Source of the DNA: Felis catus
Lineage: Eukaryota
Direction: 5' to 3'
Length of the DNA stretch: 64,000 bases
Assembly (NCBI RefSeq): GCF_018350175.1
Contig: NC_058368.1
Location: 163,682,001 to 163,746,000 of the forward strand
Shown here: in pieces, positions 1-12,598 of the stretch
Position numbering within the stretch: the stretch's first letter is position 1
How the letters are laid out: each line of letters opens with the position of its first letter
The notes under the pieces: model-generated
Database searches by the model: none
Told to the model about the DNA's origin: nothing
Seen by the model: only the letters and a program-made list of their open reading frames with translations
Position numbers and translations under genes: made by a program

Positions 1-340
1 TAGGGTATAGTCAGTTGGATAATCAGGGTCAGGCTTCAAGTAAACTGGCTATCACTGTCATGTGTGAAGCCCATGGGATTCTTAACACTAGAAGTGCCGT
101 CTGAAACACTTGTCCTTTGGAAGAAAACACCCTCCAGTTACTGTCATTTGCTAGTTTTGCCTTCAGCTCTAGAAGGGGCTCCCGGTGATTAGTGATGCAT
201 CCTTAGGGTAGTTCCTGCATAGCTGCCACATGTTCTTCAGGCAAGAATCCAGCCTCCTTGAGTCAGAGCTCAATGCTTTTATTTGTCCTTTTTACAAAGG
301 AAGATAGAATTTTGCGTTTATATAATTAAAAGTGGCCTGT

Positions 341-445
341 GCACAACCATGTGAACACACTTAACACCACTGAACTGCAAAAAGTGACTTAGATAACAAA
401 TTTAATGTTACATGTATTTGCTACAATTAAAATTTTTTAAAATTA
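341..445 (+). mobile_element. Short ancient L1 3'-end fragment (L1MA/MB-like)
   Basis: 'gcacaaccatgtgaacacacttaacaccactgaactg...ttacatgtatttgctacaattaaaa' resembles an old L1 3' terminus; flanked by aagtggc repeats (possible TSD). Confidence 0.6.
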
Positions 446-639
446 ACAAGTGGCTCATGATCTTATGAGGTCATAGGCAAGTGCTTATATAGGCAGGTGG
501 TCTGTTTGGTTTTAAATTTGTATTAAATGTTTTCTTGAATTAATACTATCCCTCCATTCGCCTTGAATGCTCAATATTCTCAGCCATCTCATAAATACCC
601 CTGCCTTCCTCCTGCCTGCTTTGCTTCTGTGAACATTCA

Positions 640-1350
640 TTGATATCTGGAACCAGAGGGTTCCAGAAGCAGGATTTCCTTCCTGCTCTTAAGAGGCTGC
701 AGACTGGTTGGGATGACTAAGAAGCAAACAGAGGGGCAAAAGTTCTCAGATGTGTCTACAGGATGTTGAGGAAATCCTAGAAGGGCATCAGCCAAGTCTG
801 TGGTGGGGGTAGATGTGCAGGGCTCAAGGAGCTAAAGCCTGGGCTGAGTCAGGAAGACTGAGTAGGAAGTAGCTGGATGAAGAAAGGAGAGCAGGGCATT
901 GCAAACAGAAGGAAAACCATTGAAGAAGGTGCAAAGCATGAGGATGCATTAAATAGTGCAAAATACTTTCTTTTGGCAACAAGGATTTGTGCGAGAAGGA
1001 GCTGGGCAAGAAATGAAACCAGAGAAATAGACAAGGTCAGACCTTGGTATACCGTGCTCATGAGATTACATTTTGTCCTAAAGCTTTCCCTAATATTTGG
1101 GGGTAGAACAATTGAGGGAATTTAAACAGAAAATGACACCAGATGTTTGGTTTGGAAAAATCACCTTGACGGTGCTCCAGGAATGAGTTAAAATGAAAGA
1201 TACTGGATGACTTTTCAGTAATTCAGATGAGAAATGACACATGTGTGAACTAAAGCTATAGGACTGGGGAGAGGAGAGGGAGTTGAGAAATATGGAAGGT
1301 GATTAGATATGAGAGGAGTAAAGAGGAAGAAGAAAGAGTCAAGAATGAGT
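640..1350. mobile_element. Degraded L2-like LINE relic
   Basis: Purine-rich decayed sequence with L2-type motifs ('aaatcaccttgac', 'gtaattcagatgagaaatga'); boundaries approximate. Confidence 0.45.
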
Positions 1351-1494
1351 AGCTCTTTGAGTACCACTGAAGATTTGTGCATGCAAAATATGGAAATCCT
1401 CTTCTAAAAATAACTGTAGCTAAAAATAAGAATGTTCTAGCATTGTAATGGTGAAGTCTACAGCCTACCTTGAAATAAGATGGATTGATAGAAG

Positions 1495-1628
1495 TCTAGA
1501 TGGACTGATGTGTGATAAAGCAAATAAAGCACAAGTGATGGAGTAGAATCTAGGCATATGGGTATTCACAATTCAATTATTTCAATTTTTCTCTAAGATT
1601 GGTAATTTTCAGAATAAAATATGGGAAG
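1495..1628 (+). mobile_element. Ancient L1 (L1ME-like) 3'-end fragment
   Basis: 'tgtgataaagcaaata...gtagaatctagg...tatgggtattcac...ttcaatttttct...aataaaatatggg' is typical of L1ME 3' ends. Confidence 0.55.
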
Positions 1629-2039
1629 GGGAATGTTGATCCTAATGTGGAGAAGTTTTTATGCAGTGTGAAGAAGTTATAATAGGTTTTTTTATGTTAA
1701 AAAATTAAAAAAAACAATTCAACTTACCAAGACCATACCCAATAACTTGAAACCCCATCACATGTACTGTTTCCATAACAAATAGCATTTCCACACTATT
1801 GCCATATTAATAAAATAATGGGTATTTTACTTTAATCTGTTTGCTTTTTTTGAGCCATGTATTTCTTTTCCTACAAAATAGCTAGTTGGCAAATGACCAG
1901 AAAAAAAAAAAAAAACCATGGATTGCTCTAAACAGTAATAGGTAACATATATAAAATATTGCTTACTGAAGAATGTTATTCTAGTTAGAAACTAGTGTAA
2001 TAGACTTTGGGTATTGTGTGTGAGATGGAAATTTTAAGC

Positions 2040-2710
2040 ATTTTTGAGAAAAGGCAGACAAAGATCTTCCTGATTTGTTAGGGGAACCAGGGCAATGATT
2101 GTGCATTTAAACAAGGTAGATAATCTGGGCAATAGAATTGATATGGGGTAAAGGGGCATAGGCAGAGAGGATTATTTTAGGTTTGGACACACTGAGTCTG
2201 AGGCATCACAGATAAATGGTTTGGGAACCAGGAATGTTTGGGAACAGGAAGTTTCTGTGATGGAGATGGGGAGTCACTGGAATATAGCCATGTGGTCACA
2301 TGGATGAGACTCTGGGAGGGAGGTAGAGTGTAAGAAAAGATGACCAAGATTAGGGCTCTAGGGAACATTTGAAGAGATACAGAAGCCAAGCCTTCTGAGG
2401 AGATTGGGAAGGCACATCCAGATGGGCAAGAGGAAAATGCATACACATGAGGAAGAGACAGAGACATCACTGACCTAGAGGGAATAGTGAGAAGGGAGGA
2501 GTGGCTAGCCATGCCAAGTGCCTCTCTGAGGTCAAGGTTGAGTAATTACTAGGTTTGGTGGTTCTAAATGATCAGAAACCTTGGTGAGAGCAGCTTCAGT
2601 GAAAAGGTGGATTCAGAGGCTGGGATATAGTGCAACAAGGAGTTAAGGAGCAAACAGGTTGGAACTTGGATACAGCAAATATAGATTATTCTTTAAAGAA
2701 GTATGACTAG
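2040..2710. mobile_element. Degraded L2 LINE relic
   Basis: L2 motifs 'tttggacacactgagtctgagg', 'ccttggtgagagcagcttcagt', 'acagcaaatatagattattcttt'. Confidence 0.55.
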
Positions 2711-3447
2711 GATAGATGGAGATAAAATATTTTTTATAAGATCAGGACTCAAATATGTATGAGGGGGAATATCCTTGGAAAAAGATTAAACAGAAGAGAA
2801 GATGGTAATAATTGAGGTCAAGTGCCTGAGTACCTGAGCTGTGAGGGCAAAGAACCCAGAAATCAGGTAAAGAGTGTAGGCCCGGATGGGGGTAGGGAGA
2901 CCTCCTTGTCCTCCCGCTGAAATGGGGATAAAGAGGTGAGATTGAGTATAGATAATTTCCTTTCCTGGGTGGGAGTAGAGCGCAAACAGGAAGTTGAAGA
3001 AGTTTTAATTACTGGCATCTTACTTTTTCTGTGAAGTACCATAGGAGGCCACCAGATAAAAGTGATAGGGAGAGTGATGGGGGCAGGGCTTGTGAAGTTG
3101 ATTTGAAAGAACTATTAAGGAATTGTGAGCTGGATCAGAATAGAGACATGGGAAGGAATGCCAGGTCATCAGAAGGCAAGGTTGTAGAGTTTTCTTCAAG
3201 AGCTCTTAGCTACTTAGATGTAAGAGAGTTCTCTCTAGCCATTTCCACTCTGAACTGCTCATCAGCTCTCGGATGCCTTCTGCTATGGGTTTAAGCCTCA
3301 TCATTATATATAGAAGGTAGCTGAGGCTGATCCCTTTCCTTTTGTAAAGGACTAAATATTTTCCACCTGTACAACTCACAACAAACAGTGAAAAAACTAG
3401 TTTAAACATGTTTTCTTTAGAAACTTAATTTGAAATATATTCCTTTT

Positions 3448-3671
3448 TAAAAATTATTTTATTTTATTAACGTTTATTTATTTTGAGAGAGAGAGAGCGA
3501 GCATGCGCAGGGGAGGGGCAGAGAGAGAGAGAGGGAGCGAGAGAATCCCAAGTAGGCTCCACATTCAGTGCAGAGCCTGATGCAGGGCTCAAACTCATCA
3601 AACTGTGAGATCATGACCTGAGTCAAAATCAGGAGTTGGATACTTAATCGACTGAGCCAAGCAGGCACCCC
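3448..3671 (-). mobile_element. CAN-SINE (3' unit of tandem pair)
   Basis: Reverse complement of the tRNA-like head (..ctgagccaagcaggcacccc), (CT)n and A-rich tail. Confidence 0.95.
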
Positions 3672-3672
3672 T

Positions 3673-3866
3673 AAATTTGTTTATTTTAGGGAGAGAGGGT
3701 GTGTGCGCATGGTGGGGGGAGGGAGAGGGGGGAAAGAGAGAATCCTAAGCAGGTTCCATGTTCAGCACAGAGCCTGATGAGAGGCTTGATCTCACAAGCC
3801 TGGGATCATGACCTGAGCTGAAATCAAGAGTTGGACGCTCAACCAATGCAGCCACCCAGGTACCCC
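3673..3866 (-). mobile_element. CAN-SINE (5' unit of tandem pair)
   Basis: Second SINE body; the pair is flanked by aaatatattcctttt (3433-3447) / aaatatactcctttt (3868-3882). Confidence 0.95.
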
Positions 3867-4831
3867 TAAATATACTCCTTTTTGATATTGGTATTATAAT
3901 TAGATAGACCCACAGATGGACATGACTATGGAAGCTAGATATGACCTAGTAGTTTATATTATATTTTACATCTTGTCTCCTTGGACAGGTAGCATATTTT
4001 GTTTTTACAAGCCCAAATGTTGTTTTATGGCAAGACAATTTTCCAAGACTAACCCTACATATTTGGGTGGGAGTCAAGATTTCCCAGCTTTAAATCAAGA
4101 TCTTATTATTCACCTTTTACTTTCCCACTGACTAACTTTCATCCCCAATGTTGTTTCTGGACAAATAACCTCCAGTCCTCATCTCTACTTTCTCAGATAT
4201 GGTCGCAAAGTAGGAATCCACTCAAAGGCAGGGTCAACCTCTGGCCTGTGGCTTCCTGTGTGAGTCCTAGATGCTTCATTTTGACACTTTGCTTCTCATG
4301 TGGTTTTCATCTCAGTCTCAGTTTCAGCTGCAAGTCCTTTTCAGTTTCTCTGCCAGCAGTCCCTGGAAGTGAGGATCCTCTTGGCTTCTCCAGTGACCAT
4401 CACTCCACTACTCCTCACTGGCATCCAGAAAGGACCACCACTGAGTCTTAACTGAATCACTGCACTCAAGTGACAAAACTTGTTTGAGTCTCAACTGTCA
4501 CTTGGTTTCTCGAAGACCAAGTTCAGTAAACGTTTCAGAAACAGTTTGTGACGTATTGAGTCAACTCTGAATCGGAACGCAACACAATTTCTTGCTTATT
4601 TCATTTCAGTTTTGAAGGTTTAATGCGATTCTTTACATTTGGTAAGCCATTTGGTGTGTTCCACTTCCCCGCCTCTGCTTACTAAGAGGCGCTCCTCAGG
4701 GTCCCAGTCAACATATAAAGGCAATAAAGAGACCAATAAACCACAGTACCAGTCATCAAAGGCACTTATAGTTTGGTGAGAGACAAGCTAATAGTTAACA
4801 TAGAGTGGCGATTCTTAAAAGATAGTGTACA

Positions 4832-5024
4832 TGGAGACCTGGGTGGCTCAATTGTTTGAGTGTCCGACTTTTGGGTTCAACTCAGGTCATGATCTCACAG
4901 TTTCTGAGTTTGAGCCCTGTGTTGGGCTCCGTGCTGTTGGTGAGGAGCCTGCTGGGGATCCTGTCTCTCTGCCCCTCATGTACACACTCTCTCTCTCTCT
5001 CTCTCAAAAATAAATATACTTAAA
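4832..5024 (+). mobile_element. CAN-SINE
   Basis: 'cctgggtggctca' head, (CT)n, A tail; TSD aaaagatagtgtaca 4817-4831 / aaaaggtagtgtaca 5025-5039. Confidence 0.95.
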
Positions 5025-5039
5025 AAAAGGTAGTGTACA

Positions 5040-5137
5040 GAATCATCAACTGGAAGATTAGAAAAAAATGCAGATTACTAGCCCATCCTTAGATGTATTC
5101 CAGAGAGCTGCCAGAGAATCTGCATTTCTAATAAGCA
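5040..5137. mobile_element. MER5-like hAT MITE fragment
   Basis: 'agaatca..ctgg...aaaatgcagatt...aatctgcatttctaataagc' motifs. Confidence 0.45.
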
Positions 5138-5438
5138 TGTAGAGGTGGGTAGGCTGGGGAATGGTGGAGGTGAATCTAATGTAGATGGTGTGGGAGGCAC
5201 ACTTGGAAAAGCACTGCAAGACAAGGCAGAAGGGGTTATAGAAAAGGTGTCTTCCCTGAGTGCTCTGGGATCCAAGGAGTGGCTGACTGGCTCAGCTGGG
5301 AGAAGTGGTTAGGGGGTGGGGAGGCTGAGGAAAGGAGGTTTTGTTGTTATGTCTATATTCACATCTCATGTGATGTGTAAAGATGAAGTCCTACAAATCC
5401 CCTTGACCTTGGCCCTTTGTCTACAAAACCCCACCTAA

Positions 5439-5526
5439 AGCCTGCTTCAGATTGTGTCTCCCTCTCTCTCTGCCCCTCCCCCACTCACACTCTGTCTCAA
5501 ATAAACATTAAAAAAAAACAAAAAAC
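5439..5526 (+). mobile_element. 5'-truncated CAN-SINE
   Basis: Only the 3' half is present: 'agcctgcttcagattgtgtctccctctctctctgcccctccc...aaataaacattaaaaa'. Confidence 0.9.
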
Positions 5527-6266
5527 TCTTCTAAAGGGTTTCCTACTTGATGTATAGTGTGCACCCTTTTCTCTCACATATGTTTTTATGGAACATATTA
5601 CACTCTCTGTGGCTTCATGGGTTTTGTGTGTCTCTGCCCTTTCTAGACGTGTAATTTAAGTAGCAGTTTCCTCCAAAGCTGAATTTCCCATCTACACCTC
5701 CTTATTTCTCAATTTCAGTTATTTCATATGCCTTTTGTGTTTAACAAACAAGCTCTTTTCCTTAACTCTGAACTGAAGGTATAATCCTTACCTCACCCAG
5801 ACTATGAATGCATTGTTTGTTTCTATCAATTTGTGATGCTGGCCTGCAAAGAAAAAATGTTCAGCCAAAACCAAAACATTTTCTTTCTAAAAGTCCATTA
5901 GCTTTAATGGATCAATGTCTGTACTTTTTACCCTTGGGAATTTTGCCGAGAGAGGACCACACAAGCGGCTGTGTTAGAGTAACTGGTGATAAGTACTATG
6001 GAAAGTTATCACAGGATAACTTAGCACCTTTCCATGTATGTCTGAATTTACACTTTGTGGAGGAAGTGTGAGATGTACCACAGGCAAATCTTTATGCGCT
6101 TAGTCTCTCAAGTTACCGCTGAGAAATGAGAAACAATGTCAAACCTTTTTTATATCCAAGTATTATTTCTCTCCCATTGAAAGGTTGAAATAGACAAAAT
6201 TTGTGTCACTTTGGCAGAGGAAGGAAAGATGTCAAAGAGACGTGTCATCAATTTTATGAAAGAAGA

Positions 6267-6648
6267 CGCTCTGGACTAAACTGTGTTCCCCTAAAATGGA
6301 AATGTTGAAGCCCTGACCCACCCCCTGCGAGACTGGATTTGGAAAAAGGGCTCTTAGGAGGTAATTAAGGTTAAATGAGGTCCCAAACGTGGTATCCTAA
6401 TCTGGTAGGATTGGTGGTTGTAGAAGAAGAGGGAGAGAAAGAGAAACAGATACCCATCTAGGAAAGGCTGTCTGAGCACACAGTGAGAAGGCTGCCACAG
6501 CTAGGAAGCATGGCGTCACTAGAACGTGACCACGCTGATACCCTGATGTCATACTTCTAGGTTCCAGAACTGTAAGAATATACATTTCTATTGTTGAAGA
6601 TACACAGTCAATGCCATATTATTATGGCAACCCAAGCAGATTAGTACA
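6267..6648 (+). mobile_element. MaLR solo LTR (MLT1A/B-like)
   Basis: MLT1 motifs ('ggtaattaaggttaaatgaggtc', 'ccagaactgtaagaatatacatttc'), ends in ..taca; intact 5-bp TSD gaaga at 6262-6266 and 6649-6653. Confidence 0.85.
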
Positions 6649-6847
6649 GAAGATACACTTGGCAACATGGGGGTCTGTATCTGGGTTCTCATTCTGATTA
6701 TACCACCCTTCGCTCTTGTGGTTCTAGAAGTTCCAGGAGACCTCACTTTCCTGTCTACAGCATGAAGGAGTGAGACTGGCTGACTCCGAAGATATTTTTT
6801 AATCTTTTAAATCTTTGATTCTAATTACATAAAATGCACTGCTTTGC

Positions 6848-7052
6848 AGGGGCTTGGGTGGCTCAGTCAGTTAAGTGTCGGACTCCTGGTTTCAGCTGAG
6901 GTCATGGAATCAGTTTCATGAGTTCGAGCCCCACATCTGGCTATGCATTGGCAGCATAGAGCCTGCTTGGGGTTCTCTCTCTCTCCCTCTCTGCCCCTTG
7001 TCTGCTCACTGTCTCCCTCAAAATAAATAAGCTTAAAAAATTTTTTGTAAAT
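6848..7052 (+). mobile_element. CAN-SINE
   Basis: Head, (CT)n and tail; TSD aaaatgcactgctttgc / aaaattcactgcttggc. Confidence 0.95.
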
Positions 7053-7541
7053 AAAATTCACTGCTTGGCTGAATGTCATATAACATTGAGCTGGAGGCAA
7101 ATTTAAAGGCCTTTTTTGCCTAACTCTCCCATTGAGTGGAAGAGGAAACTAAGGCCCCAGTAGATTAAGTGGCACCTTTCCTAGTGTCACACTGATACTC
7201 CTGCCAGTGCCCAGACATGTAGTCTCCTCTTTGTTCCTCCTTCTGTTATGCTGCTTTACTGGGATGCCAGCTGTTAAACGGGAATAATGTTTTCTATCAT
7301 GGAACTACTTCATTGGGAAAATGCAGTGAGTTAGAAAATACCAAGATTTTCAGAATAAGGCATTTTTTATTGTATTCTGGTGACTTCTGATAAAAGTATC
7401 TTATGAATGTTTTGAAGTTACCTATTGCATTTAAGCATTTTCTCTATTTATTAATAAGTAATGCCAATATGTGGGTATAACAACATTGTATTAAAGGTTT
7501 TTTTGTTTTGTTTTGTTTTTTTCTTCAAAATAACACATGCA

Positions 7542-7750
7542 GGAGCACCCGGGTGGCACAGTTGGCTGAGGGTCTGACTCTTGATCTTGGCTCAGGTCAT
7601 GATCTCATGGTTCAAGAGTTCAAGCCCTGCATTGGGCTCTACACTGATGGCATGGAGCCTCCTTGGCATTCTGTCTCTCCTCTCTTCCCCTCCCTGCTTG
7701 TGCTTTCTCTCTTTCTCAAAATAAATAAATAAACTTAAAAAACCCCCCAA
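7542..7750 (+). mobile_element. CAN-SINE directly abutting an L1
   Basis: 'ggagcacccgggtggcacag' head through A-rich tail. Confidence 0.95.
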
Positions 7751-9476
7751 ACACTGAAAACTATATAAAGCTTATGAAAGAAATTGAAGAAGATACAAAA
7801 AAATGGAAAAAGATTCCATGCTCCTGGGTAGGAAGAACAAATATTGTTAAAATGTCAATATTACCTGAAGCAATCTACATATTCAATGCAATCCCTGTCA
7901 AAATAACACCAGCATTCTTCACAGAGCTAGAACAAATAATCCTAAAATTTGTATGGAACCAGAAAAGACCCCAAATAGCCAAAGCAACCTTGAAAAAGAA
8001 AACCAAAGCAGGAGGCATCACAATCCCAGACTTCAAGCTATACTACAAGCTGTAATCATCAAGACAGTATGGTATTGGCACAAGAACAGACAGTCAGATC
8101 AATGGAACAGAATAGAGAACCCAGAAATGGACCCACAAATATATGGCCAACTAATCTTTGACAAAGCAGGAAAGAATATGCAATGGAATAAAGATAGTCT
8201 CTTCAGCAAACGGTGCTGGGAAAACTGGACAGCGACATGCAGAAGAATGAACCTGGGCCACTTTCTTACACCATACACAAAAATAAACTCCAAATGGATG
8301 AAAGACCTCAATGTAAGACAGGAAGCCATCAAAATCCTCGAGGAGAAAGCAGGCAAAAACCTCTTTGACCTTGGCCGCAGCAACTTCTTACTCAACACGT
8401 CTCCAGAGGCAAGGGAAACAAAAGCAAAAATGAACTACTGGGACCTCATCAAAATAAAAAGCTTCTGCACAGCAAAGGAAACAATCAGCAAAACTAAAAG
8501 GCAACCCACAGAATGGGAGAAGATTTTTGCAAATGACATATCAGATAAAGGGTTAATATCCAAAATCTATAAAGAACTTATCAAACTCAATGCCCCAAAA
8601 TCAAATAATCCAGTGAAGAAATGGGCAAAAGACATGAAGAGACACTTCTCCAAAGAAGACATCCAGATGGCCAACTGACACATGAAAAAATGCTCAACAT
8701 CACTCATCATCAGGGAAATACAAATCAAAACCACAATGAAATCCCACCTCATACCTGTCATAATGGCTAACATTAACAACTCAGGCAACAACAGATGTTG
8801 GTGAGGATGCAGAGAAAGAGGATCTCTTTTGCACTGTTGGTGGGAATGCAAACTGGTGAAGCCATTCTGGAAAAGAGTATGGAGGTTCCTCAAAAAATTA
8901 AAAACAGAACTACCCTATGACCCAGCAATTGCACTACTAGGCATTTATCCACAGGATACAGGTGTACTGTTTCGAAGGGACATATGCACACCAATGTTTA
9001 TAGCAGCACTATCCGCATTAGCTAAAGTACGGAAAGAGCTCAGATGTCCATCGATGGATGAACGGATAAGGAAGAGGTGGTGTGTGTGTGTGTATACTTG
9101 TGTGCCAAGTATTACTTGGCAATCCAAAAGAATGAAATCTTGCCATTTGCAACTCCATGGATGGAACTGGAGGGTGTTATGTCAAGTGAAATTAGTCAAA
9201 GAAGACAAATATCATATGACTTCACTCATATGAGGACGTTAAGAGACAAAACATGAACATAAGGGAAGGGAAACAAAAATAATATAAAAACAGGGAGGGG
9301 GACAAAACATAAGAGACTCTTAAATATGCAGAACAAACAGAGGGTTATTGGAGGGGTTGTGGGAGGGAGGATGGGCTAAATGGGTAAGGGGCATTAAGGA
9401 ATCTACTCCTAAAATCATTGTTGCACTATATGCTAACTAACTTGGATGTAAATTAAAAAAAAATTAAAAACAAAAA
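7751..9476 (+). mobile_element. 5'-truncated felid L1: decayed ORF2 C-terminal part, 3'UTR and A tail
   Basis: Translations 7774-8055 ([30 protein letters not shown]), 7953-8678 ([20 protein letters not shown]) and 8829-9233 (HCWWECKLV) are L1 ORF2, with a frameshift near 8050 and in-frame stops; G-rich 3'UTR; A tail. Confidence 0.97.
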
Positions 9477-11339
9477 CAAAATAACACATGCATATGGTAA
9501 ATAATTAAATAATGTAGATGGATTTATGACAAAAAGTAACAGTTTCTCATGCATATTTCTCCCTTCCTAATTATGGAGGCAAAATCTTTTAGCCTTTACC
9601 TTTTAAATTTCTTTTGATTTTACTTTGATAACTTTAGAGAATGTGCTTGTTCCTGTTCTCTTCCTTAAATCAATAAACCACATCCATAGACTTTCAATTA
9701 AGAAAGTTGAGGTAATAACTCCCATTACCCCCTGTCTGCATCTGCCCTCCTAAAGTTTGCTATTCATATTAGTTTTGGCTTTTTGAAGCCTTTGTAATTT
9801 TAAAATCATATCATAAAACTTATTTTAGGGGCAGGATTGTTTTTTTCCTAGCTTTGTAAAATGAGTGCATGGAAGTAGTAGGACTCCTTCTCTTTTCTTA
9901 CTTTTTATTTCCTATTTCCGACATCCTCCACCAATCAGCTAAACTTCTGTTGTCAGATTGTTAAGGTTAACATTTACCGTCCTTTCTGCAACCACAAATG
10001 TGTCTTCCAGTGTGTACAGTTCTTGAGTCCAAATGTTGAAGCATTGAAAAAATGTTTAATCTTTCATTTTTAAAGAATGTTTTCGGGGCCCAGATACTGT
10101 GTTCAAATGGATTTTCTGCAAAAGCAGAAATTGGAAATTTCTCCTTAGGCAATTTTGGATTAAAAATTACATTTTTGAAGGATGATGGGAAGTAAATATA
10201 CCATTATTCTCTCTGCTTTGCTTTTAAAAATGACTTAGCATAAATAAAATGCAAGAAAGAGTGTTATGAATATCATTTAAATATTTCTTAAACTGTTAAT
10301 ATTTATAAAATTGGAATTTCTGGTTTGGTTCAAAAGGTACGATCAGACACTGCATTAAATTGTATTGCTTTAGAAGTCTTGACAGTGACTCTCTGACAAC
10401 TGCTTCACTCATTAAATTCAGTAAAATTCTACCTTTAATATGCTTCTGCCATGTGAAGCTTAAAATTATTCCAAATAATTTTAAATCATCCTTAGAGTCA
10501 CACCAAAAAAACCCTGTTATTGTTAAAGTGTAATTATGATAGTTGGTTTGGGATGAAGGGATGGTCATAACCTTAATAATCTCCCTGTACTAAATTCTCT
10601 TCTGTCCAGTGAAGCTTGTAGGAGGTTTCAGTGGACTTTGGGTCAAGTGCGGCTATATTTTAAATTCTATCACCAACTCTAATACATTGCCTTTTTTTTT
10701 TTGTGGTCATATTTCCAGTATGGTTGCTAGGGAGTTATTTGTATAGCAGGGACTACAAGTCTCTATGCCTTTGTGATGAAAATATGTTCTTGAGCTTCCT
10801 TGCCTATTTAGCATTTCATATCTTGCAGACATAAATCCTGGAGCTAAGCTTAGCTCGCACAGCTCTGTATATTTTTACTTCCCCAAGGATAGTTATATCA
10901 TTTCTGAGGTAAGAGGATCAATATGGAATAGGGTTCTCTAAGTAAGGGCTAAACCAGCACCAAATATAGCACTGATGAAGCATTTAGTGGCTTCCTGTTT
11001 GTGATGTTCATCAGAGCTATAAAGCTGACTAATACCAGGATTTGAGCTCTGCAGAGGACTATATGGTCATAAAATATCTGAGACAGTCTTCAAACTTGTC
11101 ATGGTGCCTGAAGGTTTCTATTTTTACAGCAGATTGAAGAGGAATTTCCTTGTAAAGCCCTTAACTCCTGATTAAATCACATTTCTCATTATGGCAGAAT
11201 TTATTATAAACTAATGTCACTATATTTCAGTAGATTGTTCTTGATTATGAACTCTTGGAGAGCATCCATTATGCTTTGTTTTATTAATATTTTTTACAGT
11301 ATTCTACAGGATGATTCTCATGCATGAGAGTGTTGTTTT

Positions 11340-11522
11340 CTGCCCAGCACTGTGCTAATTAATTTAGATGAATTATTTTCTTTAATTCTCACAACAAACC
11401 CATGAGGGAGGTACTTACTGGTCCCATTTCATGGATGAGTAACTTCAGGCAATGAGAGATAAGTCACTTGACTAGAGGCAAATAGCTAGTTAAATGATAG
11501 AACCAGCTCTGTGCCTGAACTC
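11340..11522 (-). mobile_element. MIR
   Basis: Core 'tttaattctcacaacaaacccatgag...cccatttcatggatgagtaacttcaggc'. Confidence 0.75.
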
Positions 11523-12114
11523 TTCGAAAATGTCCTAAAGTTGGAATCATACAGTATGTAGCCTTTTCAAATTGACGTCTTTCACTTAATAATATGCATT
11601 TAAGGTTCATCCATATCTTTTCATGGCTTGATAGCTCTTTTAGCCCAGAATAATATTGCATTGTCTGTATATACTACAGTTTATCCATTCACCTGCTAAC
11701 AGACATCTTGGCTGCTCCTAAGTTTTGACAATTAGGAATAAAGCTGCTAAAAACATTTGTGTGCAGGTTTTTTTGTGGATAAAAGTTTTAAAATTCTTTG
11801 GCTAACTACCAAGGAGCCCAATTCCTCGATTGTATAGTAAGATTATGTTTACTTCTGTAAGAAACCGCAAAACTGTCTTCCTCATTGGCTATATCATTTT
11901 GCATTTCCATACACAATGAGCGTTCCTGTTGCTCCACACCCTCATCAGCAGTTGCTGTTGTCAGTGTTCTGGATTTGGACCATTCTAGTATGTGTATTGT
12001 GATAGCTCAGTGTTTTAATTTGAAATTTGCTGACATGATACTTAACATTTTTTCATAGGCTTATTAACCATCTGTATATCCTCTTTGCTGAAGTGTCCGG
12101 ATCTTTGGCCAATT

Positions 12115-12334
12115 AAAAAAAAAAATTTTTACATTTATTTATTTTTGAGAGACAGAGAGAGACAGAGCACAGGTGGGGGAGGGGCAGAGAGAGAAGGAGA
12201 CACAGAATCTGAAGCAGGCTCCAGGCTCTGAGCTGTCAGCACAGAGCCCGATGTGGGGTTTGAACTCACAAACCATCAGATCACAACCTGAGCCAAAGTT
12301 GGACGCTTAACCGACTGAGCCACCCAGGCACCCC
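12115..12334 (-). mobile_element. CAN-SINE
   Basis: Full SINE; TSD tttggccaatt on both sides. Confidence 0.96.
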
Positions 12335-12382
12335 TTTGGCCAATTTTTTAATCTGGTTGTTTCCTTTCATATTATGGAGGTT

Positions 12383-12598
12383 GTTTTTTTTTAATGTTTA
12401 TTTAGTTTTGAGACAGAGACAGAGAGACAGAGTGAGACAGTGGGAGGGGCAAAGAGAAAGGGAGGCACAGAATCCAAAGCAGGCTCCAGGCTCTGAGGTG
12501 TCAGCACAGAGCCCAACGCGGGACTCAAACTCATGAGCCCCGAGATCATGACCTGAGCTGAAGTCGGACACTTACCCAGCTGAGTCACCCAGGTGCCC
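12383..12598 (-). mobile_element. CAN-SINE
   Basis: Full SINE; flanks share tcatattat. Confidence 0.95.

Noticed and set aside
7774..9233. Longest ORFs (241, 134, 93 aa) as a gene
   Set aside because: They are frameshifted, stop-containing L1 ORF2 fragments of a 5'-truncated element.
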